A stretch of DNA of 64,000 nt. It comes from Octopus sinensis (lineage: Eukaryota). Each line of letters starts with the position of its first letter. The stretch's first letter is position 1. The notes under the pieces are model-generated. The model was not told the DNA's origin, made no database searches, and was given only the letters and a program-made list of their open reading frames with translations. Below are positions 1-13,255 of the stretch, piece by piece. A program made the translations under genes and the position numbers. Where the stretch lies: assembly GCF_006345805.1 (NCBI RefSeq), contig NC_043012.1, forward strand, positions 54,560,001 to 54,624,000, given 5' to 3'.

Positions 1-86
1 ACAATGAACTTGTATCATAGAACTATGGACTGTCTCAGGTAAGTTGGTATCTTAAAGACAAGATAAGATATTATTTCTACATAACA

Positions 87-325
87 TACTCTCTCTTTTA
101 CTCTTTTACTTGTTTCAGTCATTTGACTGTGGCCATGCTGGAGCACCATCTTTAGTCGAACAAATCGACCCCAGGACTTATTCTTTGTAAGCCTAGTACT
201 TATTCTATCGGTCTCTTTTGCCAAACCGCTGAGTTACGGGGACGTAAACACACCAGCATCGGTTGTCAAGCGATGTTGGGGGGACAAACACAGACACACA
301 CATACATATATATATACATATATAC
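87..325 (-). mobile_element. SINE S1, 3' part
   Basis: Reverse complement of 5200-5421. Confidence 0.85.
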
Positions 326-774
326 GATGCCCTTTAGGAAGGATGCCCTTCCTAATGCCAACCACTCTGAGAGTGTAGTGGGTGCTTTTACGTGCCACCA
401 GCATGAGGGCCAGTCAGGCGGTACTGGCAACAGCCACGCTCAAATGGTGTTTTTTACGTGCCACCTGCACAGGAGCCAGTCCAGTGGCACTGGCAATAAC
501 CTCGCTTGAATGTTTTTGTTTGTTTAAATTTTTTCTCGGTGAAAGACCTAAGTTCAAAATGTAGACCTTTCCTGTTTTTCCCTTACAGTATAAACTTAAT
601 TATCTTATATTCCCTGTGGTTTTTCTTTTCTTTTCTTTATTTGACACCCTGACAGAGATCTATCTCTGGTTTGAATTTATGGACTGAATTTGTGACAGAT
701 ATTTTATTAGAGTATCAATCACAGTCGCAATTACAGCCTGCATCACAAACACAACTAAAAAACATACAAATAAA

Positions 775-994
775 TCCTTTAGCATTCAGATTATTCTGTC
801 AAATGTAATGCTTATTTACTGACATTGTTTTGTATTAAGCATGCATTATCTTCTAGCTCTGAGATTTCAATGATGTGACTGTTTGTTTTTAGACTGACAT
901 CATAGGGTAGGTGCAAGAGGCCAGATCCAGCCATTTTAAACATAAAACAGGTAGAATATTTAGGCCTGATATGGTCAGTTCGAATGCTAAAGAG
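775..994. mobile_element. piggyBac-type MITE (type A)
   Basis: CCTTTAGCATTCAG ... GAATGCTAAAGAG-TTAA. Confidence 0.65.
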
Positions 995-1305
995 TTAAAG
1001 AAACTACTTTTATTAAATCCTTAAATCTACAAAAACTTCTGGAGCATCAGATATTTACTTAATTTCAATTTTGCATCCTGTTCGTTTATTTGTAATGCTA
1101 TCCATGTAATGCTATCTATGCAATGTGTGACCTATTACTTATAACCACAGTTTATCCACAGATTTTTTTTTTCAGTTTATGAATGGAATTTGTTTCAGCT
1201 ATTGAATAAATTGGCCTTTTCTTTCTAAATCATAAATTAGCTTTGTATAATTAGCCTCTTAAGATATCCCATATATTTTCGTTCAGAGATGTCTAGTAAA
1301 TAGAT

Positions 1306-1748
1306 ATCATTATCATCATCATTGTCATCGTTTAATGTCCGCTTTCCATGCTAGCATGGGTTGGACGATTTGACTGAGGACTGGCGAACCAGATGGCTGC
1401 ACCAGGCTCCAATCTTGATCTAGCACAGTTTCTACAGCTGGATGCCCTTCCTAATGCCAACCACTCTGAGAGTGTAGTGGATGCTTTTTACGTGCCACCA
1501 GCACAAGGGCCAGTCAGGCGGTACTGGCAACAGTCACATTCAAATGGTGTTTTTTACGTGCCACCTGCACAGGAGCCAGTCCAGTGGCACTGGCAACGAC
1601 CTCGCTCGAATGTTTTTTCACATGCCAGTAAGGTGACGCTGGTAATGATCACACACGGAAGCCAGTTAGCTGCTCTGGCAATGATCATGCTCGGATGGTG
1701 CACTTAGCGCTCCACTAGCACGGGTACCAGTCATCGAATTTGATTTCG
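1306..1748 (-). mobile_element. RTE 3'UTR fragment
   Basis: Same diagnostic motifs. Confidence 0.88.
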
Positions 1749-2034
1749 TTAAATGAAAATAAATGTTCACTGTACTATGAGGTATCTGTCATTTATTACC
1801 AACCCGAAATACTTCATTCTTGATGATATTCCCGTTTTCGATCATTAACAATCAGTAATTATAATTTCTATCAGTAACTTCATAATAAATCATAATTGAT
1901 CCAAAATAAATTTGTGTACTTATTCTTCCTTATATACAGATGCAAAATGAACAACAAAAGGGAATATATTTTTTGTATGGAAATTGATTAAAAAAATGTG
2001 TATGTTAAGAGGTTAAGTAAAGATTTTTACTTAC

Positions 2035-2126
2035 AATTTCAGTGACATGTTGGCCCATTCTCTGACGAACGTCTTCATTATCATCCTCGTTCTTAGAATA
2101 TCTTCCTTCATCCGATTTCCTAGAAT
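2035..2126 (-). CDS. Unidentified minus-strand gene, exon ((D)SRKSDEGRYSKNEDDNEDVRQRMGQHVTEI)
   Basis: Acceptor ccattttctttag|, donor |GTAAGT, 92 nt, phase 1 to 0, open frame. Downstream exons were not confidently found in the window. Confidence 0.75.
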
Positions 2127-2603
2127 CTAAAGAAAATGGAATCAAAGAATAACAATTTCAATGGTAGAGTTGAACAAACCAAACAATGAAAATAGTTATT
2201 AATTGCTGCTGTTGCTTAATCAATCTCGATGGAGCAGTCTTGATCAAAGGCATTCCAGTAATGGCCATCCTGTTCTGATTTTGAAAGATTTTCTTTTTCA
2301 GGGAAACATTTGGACTATGGTAAAGAGGGAAAATTCAATGGTAAGAGAAGAAAATGTTGTGTACCATAGTCATTCCAGTTTTACAACCATCCTGCATATC
2401 TAGGACTGCATTATTTAATGTATCCTTCCATTTTTAAGATAGTAGGGTACAATGTGATATCAATGAAATTTGGTGACTATTTCTACTAAATTGTGATGCC
2501 ATGTGGAGGCTTATTCAGTGACTCTCTCATTAGATCATTGTGAAATATGTGATTCTGGAGAGCTGACCTTGATGTAAGAGATACAAGATAATTAATTTCA
2601 TAT

Positions 2604-3068
2604 TTCATCATCATCGTTTGATGTCCACTTTCCAAGGGTTGGATGGTTTGACTGAGGTCTGGCGAACCAGATGGCTGCACCAGACTCCAATCTGATCTGG
2701 CAGAGTTTCTACAGCTTGATGCCCTTCCTAATGCCAACCACTCCGAGAGTGTAGTGGGTTCTTTTATGTGCCACCAGCACGAGGGTCAGTCAGGCAGTAC
2801 TGGCAATGGCCATGCTCAAATGGTGCTTTTTATGTGCCACCTGCACAGGAGCCAGTCCAGCGGCACTGGCAACGACCTCGCTCAAATGTTTTTTCATGTG
2901 CCACCTGCACAAGTGCCAGTAAGGCAACACAGGTAACAATCAGGCACGAATGGTGTTTTTTATGTGTCACTGGCACAAAGGCCAGCTTGTTGCTCTGGCA
3001 ACGATCATGCTCGTATGGTACTCTTAGCGCTCCACTAGAACGGATGCCAGTAATCAAATTTGATTTCG
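2604..3068 (-). mobile_element. RTE 3'UTR fragment
   Basis: Same diagnostic motifs. Confidence 0.88.
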
Positions 3069-5009
3069 ATTATAGATTTATTTTGCAAAATTCCTATGTT
3101 TAATCGTGTGTTGAAAGATATCGTTATATTTGGGGGTGGTCATATTTTTTTTTGCCAATTAACCACACTCACTATATATATTGTCTACACTTCTGCTTCA
3201 TTGTTAATCTTATTTTAGTGCCCTTTGTCTTGAAATCTTTCATCACACATCCTATAACCACTTCAGTAACTCTCCATTCCATATGTCTTCCCCTGTTCAT
3301 TTTAGTTCATTCTCGGTGGAGACACATGGGATGGAGAGTTGCTGAAGAGGTCACAGAATGTGTGAAGAAAGATTGCAGACAGAGAACACTAAAATAATAA
3401 TAATAATAATAAAGCTGAAGTTGAAGATCAAGTCTATAGTATGGGTGGTTATTTGGCAAAAGAATATGGCCATGTCCAAATATAACGATTTCATATTGCA
3501 AGGAAAGAGGTCAGCATTCTGATCCTTTACCAAAAACAGCATGTTCTGTGGAAATAATGCCTTTATAACCCTTATCTGGTACTTGGTTCAGTGAAACAGA
3601 GCAAAAAGTGCCTCCTTTATTCACAACCATCCCAAGCAAAGTCCATCAGCCAATCTTAGGCAATAGATTAGGGAAAAGTAGGAGAATGGCATTAATGCTA
3701 CAAAGCCCTATATAGATATATGTATTTAAGATAATTTAAAGATGTCCTTGAGAAGACCCATCAAGCCAATTGAAATCATAATCATGGCTAATGCCAGTGT
3801 TGCGTAACTGGCACATAAAAAGCACCCACTACACTCTTGGAGTGGTTGGTGTTAGGAAGGGCATCCAGCTGTAGAAACCATGCCATATATATATATATAC
3901 ATACATACACATACACATTTTTTTGCAAGTCTTATGGAAGTTGGTAAAACTGCACGATATGATAAAAGTCAATGCTTGAAGTATAACATGTGAATGCTAT
4001 GCCATTAATAATATATTGTATATTAGTAAAATAAACAAAAGACTGTACCTACGAACATGTATCTATGCCATAGGGACATGTGTATGTATATTTGTCATGT
4101 CATTAAAACTCGAGATCCACCCAAGCGATTTTAATGAAACTTTACACAGGCATTACACAGGGTCCATGGAGTGTCGTGGGCCAAAAACATTTTCAACTTC
4201 TTGCCTAACTGCCTTTTTTCAGCACTTTTGCAGCGTTAAGGGCCATATCTTGAAGAGAATCCAGTTGCTTTCCTCCAAATTTGCAACAAACATTAATCAG
4301 GTTCCTCAAATTGCTGTTGACTAAAAAAATTTCCGACGCCAACTATGCCCCCCCCCTCCAAAATGCAGATTAATCAGATTTGAGTATACTGCACTGGGTT
4401 TTATCTTTGTTTTAGGCCCTTTTCTGATGATAAAATATTGACACTACTTATGCATTATAAGTAGTGTATAATATATCATGAAAACCTTTTTGTCCAAATT
4501 GGCAGAGGAAATGAGAAGATTAAAATTTTTGTTGGTGCCCTGTTGATGCTTTATGTTACCATCCCACGCTCCACCGGGCCATGTGCATGTGTGTGCGGCT
4601 GGGTAAAGGCACAACAAACCCATTCATCTCCAGAAGTTGGTGTGGATATTTTTACACAGCACTGGCATGGGTGCTTTTTAAGTGGCCCCAGCTCCTGGAA
4701 GGACAAACATTTAGCAATCTAACTAAGCTAGACATGTTTTATCAAGTACAGCAAATCGCCACATCTCCCGGTCTCTTGTCATTTCCTCAGTGAGGTCCAG
4801 CATTTGAAGATCCTTTCTCACCACTTTGTCTCACGTATTCCTGGCTCTACCCCTTCCACAGGTACCCTCCACATTTAGAGCTTGGCACTTCTTTATGCAG
4901 CTGTCTTCCACAAACAGTAATGAAAATCATTTGAATAAACTCCTTAGATACTAAATGTTTCTTTATCAATCAATAAAATTCATGCAGTCCCATACTTTGG
5001 CTGAAATAG

Positions 5010-5421
5010 GCGCAGGAGTGGCTGTGTGGTAAGTAGCTTGCTAACCAACCACATGGTTCCGGGTTCAGTCCCACTGCGTGGCATCTTGGGCAAGTGTCTT
5101 CTGCTATAGCCCCGGGCCGACCAATGCCATGTGAGTGGATTTGGTAGACGGAAACTGAAAGAAGCTTGTCGTATGTATGTATATATAAGTGTGTGTGTAT
5201 ATGTTTGTGTGTCTGTGTTTGTTCCCCTAGCATTGCTTGACAACCGATGCTGGTGTGTTTCCGTCCCCGTCACTTAGCGGTTCAGCAAAAGAGACCGATA
5301 GAATAAGTACTGGGCTTACAAAGAATAAGTCCCGGGGTCGATTTGCTCGACTAAAGGCGGTGCTTCAGTATGGCCGCAGTCAAATGACTGAAACAAGTAA
5401 AAGAGTAAAAGCGTAAAGAGT
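5010..5421 (+). mobile_element. tRNA-derived SINE (family S1), full length
   Basis: A-box TGGCTGTGTGG, B-box GGTTCAGTCCC, TSD AAATAG at 5004-5009 / 5422-5427. Confidence 0.9.
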
Positions 5422-5952
5422 AAATAGCAAAATACCACTTAATCAATTAGAAATTTCTGAAAGAAACAAAAACATAATTGTTTCAGGAAAAAGATTCCAT
5501 AGATGACCCATAAAAAAAAAAAAAGATAATCTGAATACAGAGTTCCTCAAAAGAAAAAAATTGAGACCACTAATAAAAAATACAGGAGATAGATTCTTCC
5601 CGAGTTATATAGATTCATAGAGCTGGTCTCCTGGTTTCTATGGCATATATATTCCCCACCTGGATAGGACGCTGGTCCATCAAAGGATTGCTCATTTTCA
5701 CCAGCTGAGTGGACTGGAGTAACGTGAAATAAAATTCAGGCAGTCCCAAACTTTGGCTGAAATAGCAAAATACCACTGAATCAATTAGAGATTTCTGAAA
5801 GACACAAAATATTAAACATATTTGTTTCAGGAAAAAGATTCCATAGACGACCCATAAAAAAAAAAAAAAGATAATCTGAATACAGAGTTCCTCAAAAGAA
5901 AAACTTGTGACCATTAATAAAAAAATAAAGGAGATAGATTCTTCCCAAGTAA

Positions 5953-7032
5953 TTAGGTTGTCCAGAAAGTTCTGAGAGTTTTTTTAATATGTAAAAAGGG
6001 ATATAAATAATTGCCCTTTCAAAAATTTTATTCAATGAAATAATTTTCATTATTATTAATGACCTTTGCCCATCTATCAGGCAATTTAAATATTCCATCA
6101 GCATAAAATTTGACTGGTTTTAATGAAAAAAACGTTATCAAGATGCATTTTGACTCCATCTAAATCATTAAATGTTTTTCCTTGCAATGGGTTCTGTAGA
6201 GGCAAAAACAAGTGGTAGTTGGATGGTGCAATATCGGGAATATAGTGGATGGAGTAAGAGATCCCAGCCAAGTTCACGTAACTTTGTTCGAGTGACCAAA
6301 GACGATTAGCCAGCTGACGACAGAATACAGCAGAATTAATGGTCTGGTTTTGTGGGAGAAGCTCATAATAAATAATGCCTTTATGATCCCACCAAACACA
6401 AAGCATAGCTGTTTTGGTCTGGACATTCGTCTTTGGTAGTTGTTTTAGGGGATCTTTACACATATCACAAATGGAATACTGGTCCAAGCAATTCTTTTCT
6501 GAGAGTTTGTGAGGGAACCAAACATCATAGCAAGAAATGTATGCTAGCTTCACTAGATGTTCATGAGCCATACTTTTAGAAACTTCCAACTCCTCTGCAA
6601 GTTCTCTAGTCATGATATTTGGGTTTTCTTCAATTTTTGCCCTCAAAACATCTTCATCCAATTTTGAAGATCTTCCACTGCGAATGTCACCTTCCAAGCT
6701 AAACTCTCCAGCTTTAAATTTTGCAAACCACATTCAAACAGTTGATTCACATACAGCATCACCATAAACTTCACAAATGTTTTTTGCAAGTCTCTGCAGC
6801 ATTTTCTCCTTTCTCAAAAAAGAAAAGCATTACAACGCAAGTATGAAATTTTCGGTTGTCCACTTCAAATGTCAATAAAGAGTAACCAAAATGAAAGATA
6901 AATTTATTTTTAGTCAAGAACAAAGAAAAGATGCACTACCACTTCAAGCAGCACCCACAGCTTTTCAGTTGTGTTCAATGAAATGCGAAAAGATTTAGCT
7001 TAAAAATGCTCAGAACTTTCTAGACAACCTAA
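5953..7032 (-). mobile_element. Mariner element, degenerate, with both TIRs
   Basis: 24-bp TIRs TTAGGTTGTC(C/T)AGAAAGTTCTGAG (23/24). Transposase remnant with SLEGDIRSGR, WFPHKL (WVPHEL-like) and YIPDIAPSNYHLF (YSPDLAP-like). Confidence 0.93.
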
Positions 7033-7470
7033 CATATAGAGTCATACGGTGAGTTTCTGATTTCCATGGCATATATATTCCCCACCTGGACAGGACAATA
7101 GTCAATTGTAGGATTACTCATTTTTGCCAGCTGGAGCAACGCATCACCTGGTCTAGGAATCAAAACCACAATCTTACAATCATGAGTCCAACAACTTAAA
7201 TACTAGGCCATGCGCCTCCATGATGACCACTAATATTGGTCACAAATTTTGGCGCAGGGCCAACAGTTTCTGAGAAGGGACTAAGTTGATTACATCGACC
7301 CCAGTACTCAACCGGTAGTTATTTTATTGACCCCGAACAGAGGAAAGGCAAAGTCAACCTTGGTAGCATTTGAACTCAGAATGTAAACATGGACAAAATG
7401 CTAAGCATTTTGTTTGACATGCTAATGATTCTGCCATCTCACCACCTCACTATGACTGCTAATAATGGGT

Positions 7471-7785
7471 GTGTGGAGGCGCAATGGCCCAGTGGTTAGG
7501 GCAGCGGACTCATGGTCGGAGGCTCACAGTTTCAATTCCCAGACCGGGTGTTGTGTGTATTTATTCAGTGAAAACACCTAAAAGCTCCACAAGGCTCTGG
7601 CAGGGGGTGGTGATGACCCCTGTGGTACTCTTTCGCCACAACTTTCTCTCATTCTCTCTACCTGTTTCTTGAGTAACACTGCGATGGACTGGCATCCCGT
7701 CCAGCTGGGGGGAATACATACGCCACAGAAACTGGGAAACCGGGCCCATGAGCCAGGCTAGGCTTGAAAAGAGCGACGTTTATCG
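7471..7785 (+). mobile_element. tRNA-derived SINE family S3
   Basis: TGGCCCAGTGGTTAGG A-box, GTTTCAATTCC B-box. Homologous to 54508-54825 and 57250-57530. Confidence 0.85.
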
Positions 7786-7847
7786 TTTTTTAATAGTGGG
7801 TGTAAAATATGTTTGCTATTGCAATTGTTATTTTCAGATTTACATAC

Positions 7848-7892
7848 CAAGCTCTTCATCTGGTCCCACATACCAGACATTGTCGCCTGAAG
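7848..7892 (-). CDS. Unidentified minus-strand gene, 45-nt exon ((A)SGDNVWYVGPDEEL)
   Basis: Acceptor cttttgttacag|, donor G|GTATGT, phase 1 to 1, joins in frame with both neighbouring exons. Confidence 0.7.
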
Positions 7893-8234
7893 CTGTAACA
7901 AAAGTAGTTGTCCACTTAAAGTAAACAAGTATTTCAAACAAGCTTATTTCAGACTGTAATATCCTTTCTAATTTTAGCACAAGGCCAGCAATTTTGAGGT
8001 GTAGGGAGAGCAAATGAAGTACATCAATGCCAGTACTTACTTACCTGGTAATTAATTTTACTGACCATGAAAGGATGATAGGTGGAGTCAATCTTGGCTA
8101 AATTTGAACTCAGAACACAAAGAGCTGGAAGGAATGCTGTTAGGCAAGTTGTCCAGCATGCTACTGATTCAGCTAGCTGGCCATCTCATTTCACACTTTA
8201 ATATGAAGAGAAACTGAATACGGCTTTTAAATAG

Positions 8235-8241
8235 CATATAC

Positions 8242-8279
<38 letters not shown>

Positions 8280-8374
8280 GTGTGTGTGTATATATATATA
8301 TTTATATATATGCATTTGTATGTATGCATGTATGTGTATATATATATATGTGTGTGTGTGTATGTATATATATA

Positions 8375-8419
<45 letters not shown>

Positions 8420-8440
8420 TATGTATGTATGTGTATATAC
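8235..8440. repeat. Compound (AT)n/(GT)n microsatellite
   Basis: Direct reading. Explains the spurious YI/CV-rich ORFs at 8169-8704. Confidence 0.95.
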
Positions 8441-8683
8441 ACTTTTTATCCAAAGGGAGGCAATAGGGGCAACAACCACAGGAACACCACAAAATTCAAA
8501 GATAGGCCAAACACATGCAAATCTTATATACTAGTTTATATCTATACAGTCCGACATATTAGAAGTGTATACAGCTCTTTGGAGCACTTCTATTTCCAGT
8601 CCATTGTATATCTTGAGTGTTGTTGTCACTCAAGATATAACTTTATATTTTGTATGTGTGTGTGTATATATATATATATGAGC

Positions 8684-9048
8684 ACAGGCATGACTGTGTG
8701 GTAAGAGGTTTGCTTCCCAGCCACATGGTCCTGGGTTCAGTTTCACTGCATGGCACCTTGGGCAAGTGTCTTCTACTATAGCCTCGGGCCAACCAAAGCC
8801 TTGTGAGTGGATTTTGTAGACGGAAACTGAAAGAAGCCTGTCGTATATATATGTGTGCCTTTGTGTCTGCATTTGTCCCTCCCCCACCACTTGCCAACCA
8901 GTGTTGGTATGTTTATGCCCCTCACTATAACTTAGTGCTTCAGCAAAAGAGACTGACAGAGTAAGTACTAGGCTTTGTTCAGCTGAAACCCCTGAAGGTG
9001 GTGCTCCAGCATGACCGCAGTCAAATGACTGAAACAAGTAGAAGAATA
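8684..9048 (+). mobile_element. SINE S1
   Basis: Homology to 5010-5421. Confidence 0.85.
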
Positions 9049-10070
9049 AATGATTTCTCATCAATTAATTCATTAATGAGGATCCAATGGACATCCTGTA
9101 TTTGCCCTACACCAAGTGGACAATTCTTACGGCCTGCTAAACTTTCTGTGCATATGGAAACTAACATATTTTAGCCATAATTCTCCTTGGCCGTTCAGTA
9201 GTCTTGAGCAGACTGTAAAGCTTGGTACTAACTCAAACAAGTGTTGGCAATGTGGGCTGCATCAGCAGTGGACTGACTATGTAAAAAAAATAAGAAAAGA
9301 AAAGAAAAAAGGAAAAAAAACAGTAATTGGGCCATCAACCAATATACCATTTGCTGAAAACTGACCAATGAGAACTGGCCCGTGCAGTCACAAGCAGCCA
9401 CGCCCACTCTCGACCTTCCCACCCTAGATCCTGTATGATATCCAGAATGTAACAGAAGGGAAGGGAGAGAAATGCACCAGCATCAAGTTGGTACTCAATT
9501 TTTGACCAAGTGAACATGAAATAAAGTGCCCTGCTGAAAGACACAATATCTGGGAATCGAAACCCTAACATCCTAACCACCAAGCTATGTAAGAGTTAAT
9601 GAATGCAAAATGGAGGCATGGATAAGATAGTTGACTACAATCTCATGGGAATTTAATTCACATGCAAGGTAGCAATTATATTGAGTATTTCAGCAGTACA
9701 TTTGTTTCTATATATTATGCTTCAACTAATATTGAGAAACCAGGAACTAGATCCTCTTGGAATATCTGCAATTAGTTATTTTGTTGTTTAGCTAACATCA
9801 AGTCAGTACTGATCAAAAGGCACTTCAGTTATGACCACACAGTCGTTTCTTTCTCTTCAAGCAGCACAAATGTTTTGCTTGGTTTTTGAAGATGGCAGAG
9901 TTTGATTTGAGAGAAATTTTATTGCTATGGATAGATGGGTAGGATAAAAATAAAAAATAAAAATTTAAAACCGAATTAATCCTTATATTACACCCAAAAG
10001 GATGCTGGGATGATGGTTGTTTTGTATGTAAAAAAAAATTTAAGATAAAGAATCAAACATGAAAACCAAC

Positions 10071-10152
10071 CTCTGAATTCACTCTCATAGTCGGAAGCAT
10101 CATTGTCTATAACTTCCATATCATCAAGATCTATCACAGATGATGTTTGACT
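10071..10152 (-). CDS. Unidentified minus-strand gene, exon (SQTSSVIDLDDMEVIDNDASDYESEFR)
   Basis: Acceptor attatttttcag|, donor G|GTTGGT, 82 nt, phase 0 to 1, open acidic frame. Confidence 0.75.
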
Positions 10153-11065
10153 CTGAAAAATAATCATAACATATAATTGATTACTCGGTAAAACTTTAAA
10201 TCATAAACAGTTTTAAACCTATTCATATATCCATTCTCAAGGTTTCCCTCCTCCCCAATAACTGTGAAGTTAAGGGATTAGACAACTGAATATAGTCACA
10301 TGGTCAAACAGCCATAGAGTCGTTGTTGTTGTCTGACACCAGGTCAGCCTCAATTGACTCTTTCACTGCAGAAATCAGATACATCCACTCAAAATTTCAC
10401 TACTCTTAACTGCGGAAAGCAATTTTATATACCAATCTATGTTATATTAAGGAATGTTGTGTTTGAAACAAATTTTTGTTAAAATAAGTCAAGTTTAACT
10501 GGGCCATGTCCAGCCCAGATATTCTACCTGTTTTACGGTCAAACCAGCAAGATTCAACCTCTCACACCTATCTTACAATGTCATTCAAAAATTAAACAAT
10601 CACATCCTCAAAATCTCAAAGCTACAAGATAATGCATGATTAACTGAAAACCACATGATTAAATAAACATTACATTTGATTGAGTAATCTGAATATTAAA
10701 GAGTTAATGTAACTTGCAAATAATATCAATTCAATTTTGTGGTAGATATTTTACATTCTTACCAGAATAACCATAATGACCATGTCTTTTTTTTGGCTTT
10801 TGTATTATTTTTTTTTCTGGGCAGTGTACTCCAGATAACATTAACCAATTTGTCCTTCCTATTTTTTTCTGGTAGGTTGAATGGTAAACGTAAGGCCTCT
10901 TCTACAGATCATTACAGATATTAAGTCATGTTTCTGACTAAGGTGCATATATCCTCTGGAGTCACTCTGTACTGGTTCATAAGCAGATTCCACTGCTGTG
11001 TCACAGTTCAATGGTTCTAGTCCAAGCATAAATAGTCAGGAAACACAGAAGATAGCACTCCTTAG

Positions 11066-11490
11066 CCCTTTAGCATTTAGATCACTCTGTCAAATGTAAT
11101 CCCTAATTATTCACATTGTTTTTAATTAATCATGCATCATCTTGGAGCTTCAAGATTTCAATGATGTGACACATAAGACACCTGGTACACTCTGGGGAGT
11201 GGTTAGCATTAGGAAGGGCATCCAACCATAAAAACCAAACCAAAACAGACAGGAGCCTGTTGCAGCTCTCTGGATTACCGGTTCCAATCAAACCATCCAA
11301 CCCATGCCAGCATGGAAAATGGCTGCTAAACGATGATGATGATGAATGCAAATGTAAGGTAGATGTGAGAGGCTGGATTTGACTGGTTTGAACACAAACC
11401 AGGTAGAATATTTGGGCTGAATCTGGTTGGTTTGAGTATAAAACAGGAAAATTATTTCAGCCGGATATGATCACCTTGACTGCTAAAAGG
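11066..11490. mobile_element. piggyBac-type MITE (type A) with an RTE 3' fragment inserted
   Basis: CCCTTTAGCA ... TGCTAAAAGG-TTAA. RTE tail at ~11175-11346. Confidence 0.7.
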
Positions 11491-11537
11491 TTAAATACTT
11501 AGAACTAATTTAAAGCTAAACATTGACTTTATTTAGA

Positions 11538-11703
11538 TCAGTGGTTCCTAACCTTTTCACTACTAAGGATCCCTTTTAATTAAATGAGTTTTCTCACGGA
11601 CCCCTTTTAACATGCTTATCATTATATGTATATATATGAAATTTTGAATTTAGTTCACAGACCCCTAGCACTACCTTTGCAGACCACAAGCTGGGAACCA
11701 CTA
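11538..11703. mobile_element. hAT/Charlie-like MITE
   Basis: CAGTGGTTCCTAAC ... TGGGAACCACT termini. Confidence 0.5.
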
Positions 11704-11923
11704 ATTGAGATAAACGCTTTTTTGTATTTTGTACACCATTTTGAGAAGTTGAGGAGAGTTTGTGTATGTGTGAGTGATGTGGTGTATGTGCATAGTGACT
11801 GAAGTGGTAAGAAGTCTGCTTCCCAACCACATAGTCCCAAGTTCAGTTCTACTCTACCAAAACCTTGTGAGTGGATTTGGTAGACAGAGAATGAAAGAAG
11901 CCCCTCACACACACACATATATG

Positions 11924-12475
11924 CAAGGGTTGGTCAAAATAATGGAAACACCTTAAAATTTCAAACAAATTTATTTTAACATGGGGTAGGACCACCTTTG
12001 GCAGTAATTACAGCTTGAATTCTACAAGGTGTGGACTTGTACAAAGTTTGAATTGTTTCCAAAGGAATTGTTGTCCATTCTTTAGCTAGAACAGTCGTGT
12101 AGTGATGATGGTGGAGGATATCGACTCCTTACTTGTTTTTCTAAAATGCACCATAAATGTTCAATAATATTGAGATCTGAGGACTGTGATGGCCAGATAA
12201 GATGATCAACTTCACTAGAATGTTCCTCGTACCATTCAGTAACAACTTAAGCTGTGTAAATTGCTGCATTATCATCCTGAAAGATTATGTTTCCCTTCGG
12301 AAACAGTTCCACAACCATAGGATGAATTTGATCAGATAAAATGCTTAAATAGTCTTCACAATTAATTCTGCCATGAAGGGAACTCATTGGGCTGGTGGAT
12401 TTCCAAGATACAGCCCCCCCCCCATCATCCTCCATGTTTAACAGTTGGAAGAAGGCAGTCTGGGTCAAATGCTTC
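11924..12475 (-). mobile_element. Tc1-like transposase DDE-domain fragment
   Basis: GAVSWKS...INCEDYLSIL...IFQDDNAAIYTA, then WPSQSSDLNIIEHLW in another frame. Confidence 0.85.
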
Positions 12476-12519
12476 TTTTGGCTGTCTCCACACGTATACT
12501 CAGCGAGTGGTTGGAAATA

Positions 12520-13255
12520 AGATAAGTTGAAAATGACATCCGCACTTCACCTGCAAAGTGTATGAACTGTGATGCTGCATGGTAGGGAAACATGGCTTCT
12601 GAATGTGGAGGACAAGCAAAGGCTGGAGAGGAATGAAGCTGGTATGCTCTGCTGGATGATGTGTGATGTCAGTACACACATGTGACAGAGCATCGGTGTA
12701 TTGAGAAAGAAGTTGGACATAAGAGGAATTCGACACAGTGTGCAAGAGAAGAGATTACGCTGGTTTGGTCATGTGATGTAGATGGATGAGGATGGTTGCA
12801 TAAAAAAGTGCTGATCATTAATGTGGAAGGAGGTCAAGGAAGAGGGAGACCCAGGAAGACATGGGACGAAGTATAGGAGACTGATCTGAAAAACAATGAA
12901 CCATACGAAGATGACAGAGGACCAAGATATGTGGCATATTGTTGTACACAAGACCCGGCCACCACAACAGAATCGAGATCCTAAAACCAAGGCACCACAT
13001 AAAAAGCATTAGTGTGGGTGTTTGTGCCATGTAAAAAGCACAGGTGCTGGTGCTACATACATAAAAAAAAGTAGCACCAGTGATGATGTCATGTAAAAAG
13101 TACCCAATACACTCTGTGGAGTGGTTGGCATTAGGAAGGGCATCCAGCTGTAGAAACCAAGCCAAAATAAACTATGGAATCTGGTGCAACCAGTTCCTGT
13201 CAAGCCGTCCAACTCATGCCGGCATAGAATACAGACGTTAAATGTTGATGATGTA
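12520..13255 (+). mobile_element. Degraded RTE LINE 3' fragment (ORF end + 3'UTR)
   Basis: Homologous to 62514-63000: RLRWFGHV, GRGRPRKTW remnants, then the tail motif. Confidence 0.85.

Noticed and set aside
34-45. Isolated plus-strand consensus donor CAG|GTAAGT at the window start
   Set aside because: No acceptor or open exon can be defined in the 38 nt available.
743-754. Possible terminal exon (LCL*) for the minus-strand gene after acceptor tttgtatgttttttag
   Set aside because: Only three codons and adjacent to a MITE. Not distinguishable from chance; the gene may continue beyond the window.
7471-7545. tRNA genes at SINE heads (also 29402, 32195, 54508, 57250)
   Set aside because: A/B boxes are present, but no complete cloverleaf or acceptor stem, and each continues into a SINE body.
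8169-8704. Long YI/CV-rich ORFs
   Set aside because: Translations of (AT)n/(GT)n microsatellite.
10860-11035. Possible extra minus-strand exon (PLNCDTAVESAYEP...)
   Set aside because: Weak acceptor, no convincing donor, and phase incompatible with the phase-0 junction.
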